From Haloferax volcanii DS2 (GTDB taxonomy: Archaea > Halobacteriota > Halobacteria > Halobacteriales > Haloferacaceae): 32,000 nt of DNA. This document shows positions 8,115 through 16,305 of this stretch, in pieces. The number at the start of each line of letters is the position of its first letter. The stretch's first letter is position 1. The position numbers and the translations under genes are program-made. A model generated the notes under the pieces. That model did no database searches. It was not told where the DNA came from and saw nothing but the letters and a program-made list of their open reading frames with translations. The stretch is taken from the NCBI RefSeq assembly GCF_000025685.1, contig NC_013966.1:1-32000 (forward strand), in the 5' to 3' direction.

Positions 8115-9450
8115 TTTTATAAAGAACTAATCTGATATGTGAAATACGAATGGAGGACGTGATTCGCACCGTCAAGGTCAAACTCGACGTACCCAACGAG
8201 CGGTGCGACGACCTCCATCAGACAAAAAATCAGTTCCTCCACTGTGCGAACACTACTGCAGAGTGGGCGTGGAGACACCCGGACGACTACTGCGTGACCT
8301 CGAAACAGAAAGCCGAGAAAGCCCTCTACGAGCAACTCCGCAACGAGACAGAGTTGACTGCAAACCTCGTTCAGAAAGGGATTCGGCGTGCTATCGAGGC
8401 CACGAAAAGCGGTGTCGCCCGACTCAAGAAAGGCGACAACACGAGCCAACCGCACTTCGACGCGTGGAGCGTCGTCTACGACAAGCGTTCAGCGACGTTC
8501 CACCGCGACCACGTTTCGCTCTCGACGGTGAACGGTCGCGTCAAGTGTGACTACGTGATTCCCGACAGCTCCGAGGGAACGCCGATTGGCGAGTACCTGT
8601 TGAATGAGGATTACGAGTTCCGAATGTCCACGTTGCAATACGACCGCGCCACAGAGTCGTTCTACCTCCACGCACGGATGCGCCGAACCACAGACGAACA
8701 AGAGCTGTCGATGACTCATTCTGACGCCAAGCACAGAACAGTCCTTGGTGTTGACCTGAACGTGGACGGCTCGCTCGCCGTGACGTCCACAGGCGCGTTC
8801 ATCGGGAACGCCGACGAGATGAATCATCGACGCCGAGAGTTCGAGAAGACGCGTGGGTCGATGCAACAAACTGGAACGCGGTCGGCACACCTGTCGATTC
8901 AGTCGATGAAAAACCGCGGACACCGCTGGATGCAGGACGAACTACACCGAGCGTCTAACCAGATTCTCGAAGAAGCCCGCGACCACGACTGTACTCATAT
9001 CTCATTCGAGAATTTGACCGACATTCGTAAGCGGATGGCTGGCACCAAGCGGTTCCACGCATGGGCGTTCCGACGCCTGTACCAGTACACCGAATACAAA
9101 GCCGAAATGTTCGGAATCGGGGTTGAACAGATAAGTCCTGCATACACGAGTCAGCGGTGTTCCAAGTGTGGATTTACGCATGAGGACAATCGGCGGTCGA
9201 AGCACCAGTTCGTGTGTCAGAAGTGTGAGTACGAACTGAACGCGGAGTATAACGCGAGCAAAAACATCGCTCGCAAACTCTTGAAACGTCTCCACTCGGG
9301 GCAGAAGTCTTCGAGTGGAGGCGCACCCTGTCAGTGTGCGCTACCGTCAGGGACGCTGAACCTGAACGGCGATTTCTGCGCCTCCGTCGATTCGACGGCA
9401 GAAGGGGAGTCCACTGACAAGCCCACGACTTCAGTCGTGGGTAACTGACA
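8115..9450 (+). mobile_element. IS200/IS605-family (IS1341-type, tnpA-less) element; boundaries approximate
   Basis: It has a TATA-like ttttataaag at 8115-8124, tnpB, and a terminal hairpin cccacgac-ttca-gtcgtggg at 9422-9441. Confidence 0.6.
8150..9448 (+). CDS. tnpB: TnpB-family RNA-guided endonuclease (IS605 OrfB)
   Basis: RuvC-I is VLGVDLNVDG and RuvC-II is ISFENLTDIR. The zinc finger is CSKCG...CQKCE. RuvC-III reads LNAEYNASKNIA, with Glu where Asp is usual. Confidence 0.9.
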   Translation: MEDVIRTVKVKLDVPNERCDDLHQTKNQFLHCANTTAEWAWRHPDDYCVTSKQKAEKALYEQLRNETELTANLVQKGIRRAIEATKSGVARLKKGDNTSQPHFDAWSVVYDKRSATFHRDHVSLSTVNGRVKCDYVIPDSSEGTPIGEYLLNEDYEFRMSTLQYDRATESFYLHARMRRTTDEQELSMTHSDAKHRTVLGVDLNVDGSLAVTSTGAFIGNADEMNHRRREFEKTRGSMQQTGTRSAHLSIQSMKNRGHRWMQDELHRASNQILEEARDHDCTHISFENLTDIRKRMAGTKRFHAWAFRRLYQYTEYKAEMFGIGVEQISPAYTSQRCSKCGFTHEDNRRSKHQFVCQKCEYELNAEYNASKNIARKLLKRLHSGQKSSSGGAPCQCALPSGTLNLNGDFCASVDSTAEGESTDKPTTSVVGN

Positions 9451-9687
9451 CACCCGATCTGCGTCGACTGCGCGATCCAGTCGAATCCCGATCCCGACGA
9501 GCGTGACCATTACGCCTGCGATAGCTGTGGTCTCGTTGTCGATGCGCTTGCAGCCCTCACACAGTTCCGTGTCGAACTCGGCCACCTGGAAGGTCCACTA
9601 CAGCTGTGTGCGAGATGTAGTCCCGATGGGCCCGCGACGTACTGGACTCGCGACCTAGACGACCATCTAATTAGTGAGTCGTCGTAG
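9451..9687 (+). pseudogene. Start-less Cys-rich ORF fragment abutting the tnpB right end
   Basis: The frame is open from 9445 with no ATG or GTG. It translates as HPICVDCAIQSNPDPDERDHYACDSCGLVVDAL...LQLCARCSPDGPATYWTRDLDDHLISESS*. CxxC pairs suggest a zinc ribbon. Confidence 0.35.
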
Positions 9688-9707
9688 TCGGTCGGAAAGT
9701 GGTGTAG

Positions 9708-9722
9708 ACCGCTCTGTTGAAA
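9708..9722 (+). repeat. Left copy of the 15-bp direct repeat GACCGCTCTGTTGAA
   Basis: It is identical to 14641-14655. The flanking ggt is also shared. Confidence 0.5.
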
Positions 9723-9937
9723 TCCTCAGCGCGGATAGTTTGTTGGGCCGTGCTGAACACATCGCGCGAATACAGCATCTGGGTCGATACCGTCTAAGGT
9801 GTGGGCTCGTCCTGAGTACGAGCTAGGTGCCGAAGGTTTTCTTCCAAGTAGGCTAGCACCATGAGAAGACATTACAGTGTGAATGCTAAGCACCCTCATT
9901 ACAGTTTTATTACAATTGCGGCATGATATCATACTGT

Positions 9938-10657
9938 ATGGCATCAGATCCATTTGGTCGCGCAGTCCGTGATTATTACCTTGGCGAGCTAGAGGAACCA
10001 CTTATCGACCGCGATGGTGATGAAACTCGCGAGCATTCTATCGAAGAATGGTATTTTGGAGAATACCAACGTGACGAGTGGTTTGAATCGTGGTTAGAGG
10101 GGCCGCTTCTAGATATGGGCGCTGGCGCAGGGCGTGATACTCTCTATTTTCAAGAACAGTTTGAGACAATCGCCATTGAGGTCAGTGAACACCTCGTAGA
10201 GACTATGCAAGACAGAGGCGTTGATGATGCCCGTCTTGCAGACATGTTTTCACTTCGAGAACATTTCGGACGTAACCGGTTTCAGTCAGCGTTTGCACTT
10301 GGGACACAGGCACAGCTCGCAGGGTCGATGCACGGTCTTAGACAGTTTCTTGATGACCTTGCATTTGTTACTACCGAAGATGCGACCGTTATACTTCATG
10401 GATATGCTCCTGAATTGGAAGTTACAAAGGACATTTTCGCCTACCGGGAGGATCCCACACCGGGGTTAGCATATCGGATTTTTCACTGTGAGTACGACGG
10501 TGAAATCGGGAGAACATTGCTCTTCCAGCTATTCAGCATAGACCGTCTTAGAGAGGCGACGGTAGGAACGTCGTGGGAAGTTTCCGAAGCCAGTTACGGC
10601 CATCCCGAGTCGGAGGGTGAATCAAATACCTGGTTGGCTGTACTCACGAAGGCTTAG
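9938..10657 (+). CDS. Class I SAM-dependent methyltransferase
   Basis: Motif I is LLDMGAGAGRD, and an acidic post-I residue is present (AIEVS). The region is AT-rich. TATA-like agttttatta at 9903-9912 favours ATG 9938 over ATG 9923. Confidence 0.65.
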   Translation: MASDPFGRAVRDYYLGELEEPLIDRDGDETREHSIEEWYFGEYQRDEWFESWLEGPLLDMGAGAGRDTLYFQEQFETIAIEVSEHLVETMQDRGVDDARLADMFSLREHFGRNRFQSAFALGTQAQLAGSMHGLRQFLDDLAFVTTEDATVILHGYAPELEVTKDIFAYREDPTPGLAYRIFHCEYDGEIGRTLLFQLFSIDRLREATVGTSWEVSEASYGHPESEGESNTWLAVLTKA

Positions 10658-10785
10658 TCCTATCACTGAGAACCAGCAATCCCCCGATTATTCCGTATAT
10701 GCTGACTTCAGCCTCTGTGTGTGTCACGCACTTCCAGTCATAGTCTAGAAGTTTCAACAGAGTCTCACTTTCTACACCCTCGTGG

Positions 10786-11598
10786 TCAAATCGTCGTTGA
10801 GCGACGTTCTACACGCCCATCGGTTACCGCGACGGTGTCTTTCTCTTCCAAACGTCGCACAATCTCCTGTACGTCCGCTGCTGGCCAGTCGAGCTCCTGT
10901 TGCAGGTCAGCCACCGATTTCGGTTCGTCAAGCGCGTGTAGCACTTCGAGCTCTTCGTAGACGCGTTCGGTGATCTCCGCCACGGGGCCGTGCAACGGCG
11001 TCGTCACGTTGTGTTGTTCAGTGAGATCGGTCAACGCTTCGTTGACGTACGTCACGAACAGCTCTTGCTCCAAGAGTTCGACCTGCATCTCGAGTTCTGC
11101 TTCAACGACGTCGAACTCGAGGCCGGTCTGCATCAACGAGAACATATCCTCGATATCGTCCACCCGACCGGCAACCGCTTTGAACAGGAAGATGTCTTCT
11201 GGACTCACGAGTTCGACCACGAGACTCCCAAGATCGAGATAGCGTTCGCTCCGTTCACGGATGCCTGGAGACAGAATCAGCTTGCCGATCACCTGCTGGT
11301 TGAAAACGTCGATACGACACCCGTCATCGTTCTCGAAGATGCGCTGGGCACCGAGTTCTTCGTACTCTTCGTCCGGTTCCCGGACGATATCGTATCCTAA
11401 CTCAAGGAGCACCGCTTGTAGCTGACTCAGATCGTCGCCGGAGGAGACGATGAGGTCGATATCTTTGGTCGTCTCTTTGAGTCCGCGAAACGCCATCGAC
11501 CCACCGCCAATCAAGAAGACGGTGAGTGGGTTATCCAGCTGCTGGCCGATGCGCTCGAGCTCCGACCGGATGTATGAACTATCAAACCTCGCCCTCAT
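10786..11598 (-). CDS. Pol-beta-superfamily nucleotidyltransferase (AbiEii-like) with a C-terminal winged helix
   Basis: The motif GGGSMAFRGLKETTKDIDLIV fits the hG[GS]x9-13DhD pattern. A third acidic site is CRIDVF. The C-terminal part of about 70 aa (SVADLQQELDWPAADVQEIVRRLEEKDTVAV) looks like a wHTH. The ATG overlaps the upstream stop (ATGA). Confidence 0.6.
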   Translation of the reverse strand: MRARFDSSYIRSELERIGQQLDNPLTVFLIGGGSMAFRGLKETTKDIDLIVSSGDDLSQLQAVLLELGYDIVREPDEEYEELGAQRIFENDDGCRIDVFNQQVIGKLILSPGIRERSERYLDLGSLVVELVSPEDIFLFKAVAGRVDDIEDMFSLMQTGLEFDVVEAELEMQVELLEQELFVTYVNEALTDLTEQHNVTTPLHGPVAEITERVYEELEVLHALDEPKSVADLQQELDWPAADVQEIVRRLEEKDTVAVTDGRVERRSTTI

Positions 11599-12518
11599 AG
11601 CGTCACCTCGTACTCTTCAGCCAGTTCCTGGAAGTCCTCCCACTCGGGAAGTCGGGACGTCCGCTGGGCACCGCTGGTGTCGAGATACGTGTAGAGGTTG
11701 TCGACGACGTCGTCGACGCCGTACTTGGTGGCTTGGGCTCGGAGTTCGTCGCGGTCGATGTCGACGTGACTGAGCAGAAGCAGACAGTATGACTGCGTTC
11801 GTGCGCCCGAATCGACCACGAGCATGTGACAGCACAAGATCTCCGGCGAGAGCTCGCTCGTCGCCTCCGAATAGAGGTAGTACCGGCGGTCACGTGCCAA
11901 CAACGGGAGGCCGTACCGCTGGAACTGGTCTGGGCCTGTCGGGATGAAGTGTTCGTCAGCGATTTCTATCGTCGTCTGCACAAGGAACTCGCCCAGAGAC
12001 TCCCACAGAATCGTGTAGGTGTCGGTCTGTTCTTCGACAGTCTGACGGTGGACGTGATGGGCAAGCTCACGAGCGAATACGCTCAGCTGTTCGAAGCCGT
12101 CATTCAGTGCGTACGCGCCGTCATCAGTTTGGTAGACGATTCCGCGATGTTGAAGCGGGGCTAGCGCACGGTGGACGGTACTTCGGTGGACGTCGGCGCG
12201 GCGTGCGAGTTCGGTCGCGGTCCGTGGGGTGTCGAGGTAGTAGCACACACGGATAGCTGCCCCTGACAACAGCTCCGGCCAGTCGATGTGTGAATACTGT
12301 TGCGTGAGGTCCGTGAGTAACTCGAGGGCCTTTGCGTCCGACAGTCGAATCCGCTTTGTTTTCCCCTGTCGACGTGTCTCGACGAGGCCAGTCGTTTCGA
12401 GCCGCTCGACGAGTTCTGAGGTGTAGCTGAGACTCCGATCGAGATTCGTCGCGAGTTCAGAGACCGTCTGCTCACCGTGGAAGGCTGTAAGGGCGCGAAC
12501 CTCACCTTCTGTGAGCAT
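11595..12518 (-). CDS. Double winged-helix transcriptional regulator (AbiEi-like candidate antitoxin)
   Basis: The N-terminal wHTH is VSELATNLDRSLSYTSELVERLETTGLVETRRQGKTKRIRL. A second HTH is TATELARRADVHRSTVHRALAPLQHRGIV. The TATA-like atatataaat lies at 12541-12550. Confidence 0.6.
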   Translation of the reverse strand: MLTEGEVRALTAFHGEQTVSELATNLDRSLSYTSELVERLETTGLVETRRQGKTKRIRLSDAKALELLTDLTQQYSHIDWPELLSGAAIRVCYYLDTPRTATELARRADVHRSTVHRALAPLQHRGIVYQTDDGAYALNDGFEQLSVFARELAHHVHRQTVEEQTDTYTILWESLGEFLVQTTIEIADEHFIPTGPDQFQRYGLPLLARDRRYYLYSEATSELSPEILCCHMLVVDSGARTQSYCLLLLSHVDIDRDELRAQATKYGVDDVVDNLYTYLDTSGAQRTSRLPEWEDFQELAEEYEVTL

Positions 12519-12607
12519 CCTGTTGCATACTAGCGAACCAATATATAAATCGCTTCGGTATTTTGCAACGCAGAGCTAACTCTGTCGAGGACGTGAGCAT
12601 AACGGAT

Positions 12608-12795
12608 GAAAGCCCTCGGCCGCTCGACGTCCCGCGACCGCCGCTGCGCGCCTCGTGCCTGCGGTGCTTGCGGGGTCGGGGGACGGCCGAGACGCCCTCG
12701 CCCTTTCTGAGTCCGCCAGGATTGTTGTTGGTCCATCAAGCGACGTGGCCGGTTGGTCAGGTGTGTACGTACCGGCCCGCCCCGCTCGCCATTGC
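12608..12795 (+). repeat. GC-rich dispersed repeat, copy A
   Basis: By eye it is roughly 75-80 percent identical to 14805-14990, for example gctgcgcgcctcgtgYctgcKgtgcttgcg...tcgggg...cccttt. Confidence 0.55.
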
Positions 12796-12869
12796 TGGAC
12801 TGGATCAAAAACACAATCGAATCAAGTGGCCCCAACCCACGCCATGACAACCCTCACTTAGAATAGCGA

Positions 12870-13319
12870 CTACCAGTGCTCTTCTCGGAACTGGTACTCA
12901 AGCTGGGTTAGTCGTCCTTCGAGTTCGTTTACCTCGTCATCAGTACTTTCAAGCTCTTTTTCCAGTTTACTAAATCGACGAGGGAAGTTGTCTATAATCT
13001 CGGCTAACGGGAAAACCCCGGGTTTGCCGGAGTTAGCGTAATAGATTTCGACTGTGCCATCAGATTCAGTGACTGCCCGATCCTCGACAAGATCTCTTCG
13101 AGATTGCCTCTCGAGGACCCGATAGAGATAGGTCTTCAATGCTCGCTCATCTTCTCGCATCGTTTTGGGTATTATATCCGGTTTTTGTTCGAGAAGTTCA
13201 TCGGCAATCTCGTCTAGCGTCATGGCTTCGTCTTCGGATAAAATCGAACGAATATGGACAGCGGTCCAATCAAACCGATGGCCGTTCTCCCACTCATCAG
13301 AGTCCGTGTCTATCGGCAT
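12870..13319 (-). CDS. Hypothetical protein, probable wHTH plus C-terminal coiled coil
   Basis: The 149-aa ORF lies in an AT-rich segment. It has an HTH-like stretch, MTLDEIADELLEQ...YLYRVLERQSRRDLV, and a heptad-like tail, FSKLEKELESTDDEVNELEGRLTQLEYQF. Confidence 0.55.
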   Translation of the reverse strand: MPIDTDSDEWENGHRFDWTAVHIRSILSEDEAMTLDEIADELLEQKPDIIPKTMREDERALKTYLYRVLERQSRRDLVEDRAVTESDGTVEIYYANSGKPGVFPLAEIIDNFPRRFSKLEKELESTDDEVNELEGRLTQLEYQFREEHW

Positions 13320-13430
13320 TACTGATTGGTTATTTGAAGAACATTATATGCTTTCTGTGGGATTCCTCAGCTCGTTTCCATCGCGCCATCGACCTAAGGA
13401 CTATCACATTCTCAACTCGTAGCAAGAGCC

Positions 13431-13586
13431 ATGGTGAATGTCAAAGAATAGGACGGTGCAGTTCTAATCACAGTCAACGGCCGCCGCGGTCCAATCCACC
13501 GTTCAGTATCGGTCGAAGATGCCGAGGAGTTGTTACGAGATCTAGAGACTGCAATTGACTCCGCAAAAGAGAATAACTCCACCTGA
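13431..13586 (+). pseudogene. Small ORF interrupted by an in-frame TAG at codon 7
   Basis: It reads MVNVKE-TAG-DGAVLITVNGRRGPIHRSVSVEDAEELLRDLETAIDSAKENNST*. The downstream 44 codons have protein-like composition but no canonical start of their own. Confidence 0.3.
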
Positions 13587-13756
13587 TGGACGGTGTCCTG
13601 AGAACACTACAGGTGATGTCTATCGAAACCTATGAAGCAGAGATATGTTTGAAGCACATCACCTGGTAAAATAGGACGTCCATCACAGTCACGAGAGATT
13701 AGTCGATAAAACAACTCATCAACACGTTCTAATCAGCGGGCGGAGAACGCTCAGAT

Positions 13757-14635
13757 ATGCCCTCCCCGGACGAACCCTCCACACAGAAACAGGCACTCGT
13801 GAGTGCCCTTCAGTGGGGCTTGATTCAGACGTTTGTTCTCGATACCTTCGGTGGTCTCCTCCGAAATTATTACCGCGCAACAACGGATGCGTTCCTTCCA
13901 CCTAGTTGGGTGACATCAATCGAGTTCGCTGCCCCGCTTGGACTGCTTGTCGGCGGCATCGGCGGCTACCGCTGGGTGACGAGCGGTCGGGCCGCAACGT
14001 CGACATCAGCGCACCGTAACCGTGTTGTCTTCGTCGGGGCGCTTCTTGCTGGATGGGCGCTCGCCATCGTCCCGACAATGGCGTTCCAGTGGCTCCTCGG
14101 AGACCAGCTGTTTTCGGTGCCGTATTTTGTCCTCCCGACCCTCACAGCAGTCGCGGTCTTCGTCGCCTCGTACCTGCTCGCCTATCGAGTTGATACCGAA
14201 TGGTACCACCAGCATCGGATTCGACTCTTGGGTGCAGTCAAAGGCGCGTTCGCTGGAATGTTACTCGGGGTCATCAGCTTCGTCGTGTATGGTGGCTATC
14301 TCGCTGCGACACAAACCAACTACAGCCTCAGTGGTGGTCCCGGAATCGTCGTAGCCACATGTCTCGGAGCAATTGCTGGCTACGTGCTGACTGATTCAGA
14401 ACGGGGTGGAGATCGGTCTGCAGAATTTGTCGTCCTTCTGATTGTGTCCCTTCTCGGATTCAGTCTCCTGACAACCCTCAGTATGGCCGCACTCAGTGCA
14501 GTCGGGCTGTCGCTGTTTGATTTTATTCCGTCGTTCGTCTTTTCTCTCATCCCGCTTGTCTTCGCGCTTGGCGCAGCCAGTTACTTGGCATACGGTGTTC
14601 AGACAACGTTCTACCAACGAATCGTCGGTCGATAG
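13757..14635 (+). CDS. Polytopic membrane protein (about 8 predicted TM helices), function unknown
   Basis: It has repeated hydrophobic stretches of 20-25 aa, for example VVFVGALLAGWALAIVPTMAF and AEFVVLLIVSLLGFSLLTTLSMAAL. Confidence 0.7.
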   Translation: MPSPDEPSTQKQALVSALQWGLIQTFVLDTFGGLLRNYYRATTDAFLPPSWVTSIEFAAPLGLLVGGIGGYRWVTSGRAATSTSAHRNRVVFVGALLAGWALAIVPTMAFQWLLGDQLFSVPYFVLPTLTAVAVFVASYLLAYRVDTEWYHQHRIRLLGAVKGAFAGMLLGVISFVVYGGYLAATQTNYSLSGGPGIVVATCLGAIAGYVLTDSERGGDRSAEFVVLLIVSLLGFSLLTTLSMAALSAVGLSLFDFIPSFVFSLIPLVFALGAASYLAYGVQTTFYQRIVGR

Positions 14636-14640
14636 GTCGT

Positions 14641-14655
14641 GACCGCTCTGTTGAA
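14641..14655 (+). repeat. Right copy of the 15-bp direct repeat GACCGCTCTGTTGAA
   Basis: It is identical to 9708-9722 and starts 6 nt after the stop of the membrane-protein gene. Confidence 0.5.
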
Positions 14656-14804
14656 GACTTCAAAATCGTCTTGTCTATGGACTGCGCTTCCTCAGGGCCA
14701 GGAGGTGCCGACGCGTCAGCGAGACCATATGAACAGTGGATAACGCTGTGTCAAACGTCTTCTGTAGGGACAAACAGCTGCTAGCGTCGGTTGCGGTCTC
14801 CTCG

Positions 14805-15016
14805 AAAGCCCCCGAACGCTCGCCGGCCGCGACTCGCTGCGCGCCTCGTGTCTGCTGTGCTTGCGTCGTCGGGGCACGTCGAGCGCCCGGCCCCTTTCAG
14901 TCCCGCCCGGGATCTATTGGTGAGCCAGCGATCTCCATCGGTTGACTGGTGTGGTACGAACGGCACGCACCGCTCGCCGCATTCCGCCCTCCGCGTCGCT
15001 CGCGACCGACCATTCG
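14805..15016 (+). repeat. GC-rich dispersed repeat, copy B (longest)
   Basis: The left part matches 12608-12795. The right 56 bp (14960-15015) are identical to 20350-20405. Confidence 0.6.
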
Positions 15017-15099
15017 TAGAGGGTTCGATGTAATCACCAAGTTGGCGACAGTTTTTCACAGCCGTGCTGACTTGATGGAAATTCTGCTATCCCATCGGA

Positions 15100-15296
15100 G
15101 CGTGAATCAATTATGGGACGCAAGAGACCGAGCTGTATTCCGTGCGCTAGAGCACGTGGTGCTGACTGGTCCGAGTGCGAAAGAAGCCGAGTTATGGGCG
15201 TCACAGCCCGGATGCCGCTCCTGGCGGCATCCGGGAAAGCCCGCATAGGTGAATTTCTGATTCACGCACCGCCGTCCTATCCCGGAGGAACGAACC
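15100..15296 (+). ncRNA. Candidate IS110 bridge-RNA-like non-coding region in the left end
   Basis: It has a perfect 11-bp stem, ccggatgccgc/gcggcatccgg (15208-15234). It also holds internal copies of the left terminus (gtgctgact, 15159-15167), the right terminus (cataggtgaat, 15244-15254) and the left target flank (tcacagcc, 15201-15208). Confidence 0.35.
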
Positions 15297-16295
15297 ATGT
15301 ACCTCGGAATCGACCTACACAAACGATACGCACAGGTGGCAGTAATGGACCTCGAGGGCGAGATTGTCGAAGAGGTTCGCGTCAAAAACGCGAACCTCGA
15401 CGACCTCGCTCAGCGATACGCTGGCTCTCGTGCAGTAATCGAGGCGACCAGCAATTACTACCACGTCTACGATACTCTCGCGGAGTACTTGGACGTAACC
15501 GTCGCTCATCCAGGCAAACTGACGCTCATCGCTCGGTCAGACAAGAAAACCGACCGCGTCGACGCGAAAGAACTCGCGCGGCTGCTCCGGCTGAACTCTG
15601 TTCCGCAGAGTTACGTTCCTACCGACGAGATTCGGGAAGCCCGCGCACTCGTGCGCGGGCGACAGACCTTGGTCGAAGATCGGACCAAGTTCGCCAACAA
15701 AATCCACGGCTTGCTCGCCGATAACGGCATCACTCAGACGGTAAAACCGCTGAGTGTCGAGGGACGAGAGTTCCTCCGGGAACTCTCGCTCCCGTCTCCG
15801 TGGGACAGTCTCTTGGACTCGTATCTCGACGTGGTCGAGACGCTAACCGAGCAGATGACTCAGTTGGAAGCGGCGATTGAGGAGCGCGCTGGGTCTCTGA
15901 AGGAGACCCAGCTGCTGATGACCATCCCCGGTGTCAGTTACTACTCCGCGTTGCTGGTCTACGCTGAACTGGGTGAGATCGATCGGTTCGACGGCCACAA
16001 AGAGGTCGTGAGTTACATGGGACTGAACCCGACGATCCGCGAGTCCGGTGACTCGCGGATCGAGGGTGGTATCTCGAAACGCGGCTCAGGACGAGTTCGC
16101 TGGATCTTGGTTCAGAGTGCGTACTCAGCCGTGTACACGTGTAAAGACGCGTATCTAAGCACGTTCTTCCACCGGTTGAATCGTCGAATGAACTCGAAAA
16201 AAGCGATCGTCGCGACGGCACGAAAACTGCTCGTCTCGATGTACTACATGCTCGTCCGAGAGGAAGTCTACGATCCACCGGGGGTGAGCGCCTGA
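15297..16295 (+). CDS. IS110-family transposase (DEDD RuvC-like N-domain plus C-terminal Tnp domain)
   Basis: It contains YLGIDLHK, IEATSNYY, KTDRVDA, IPGVSYYSA and ISKRGSGRVR. Confidence 0.93.
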   Translation: MYLGIDLHKRYAQVAVMDLEGEIVEEVRVKNANLDDLAQRYAGSRAVIEATSNYYHVYDTLAEYLDVTVAHPGKLTLIARSDKKTDRVDAKELARLLRLNSVPQSYVPTDEIREARALVRGRQTLVEDRTKFANKIHGLLADNGITQTVKPLSVEGREFLRELSLPSPWDSLLDSYLDVVETLTEQMTQLEAAIEERAGSLKETQLLMTIPGVSYYSALLVYAELGEIDRFDGHKEVVSYMGLNPTIRESGDSRIEGGISKRGSGRVRWILVQSAYSAVYTCKDAYLSTFFHRLNRRMNSKKAIVATARKLLVSMYYMLVREEVYDPPGVSA

Positions 16296-16305
16296 AGAAG
16301 GGAAT

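Noticed and set aside
12530-12861. ORFs 12530-12850 (minus), 12563-12847 and 12655-12861 (plus)
   Set aside because: They lie wholly in the GC-rich dispersed repeat (copy A) and have Arg/Pro-rich composition with no start context.
14736-15385. ORFs across repeat copy B and the IS110 left-end leader (14791-15033, 14949-15248, 15113-15724 and others)
   Set aside because: They translate repeat or non-coding IS leader sequence. The same peptides recur at the other repeat or IS copy only because the DNA is duplicated.
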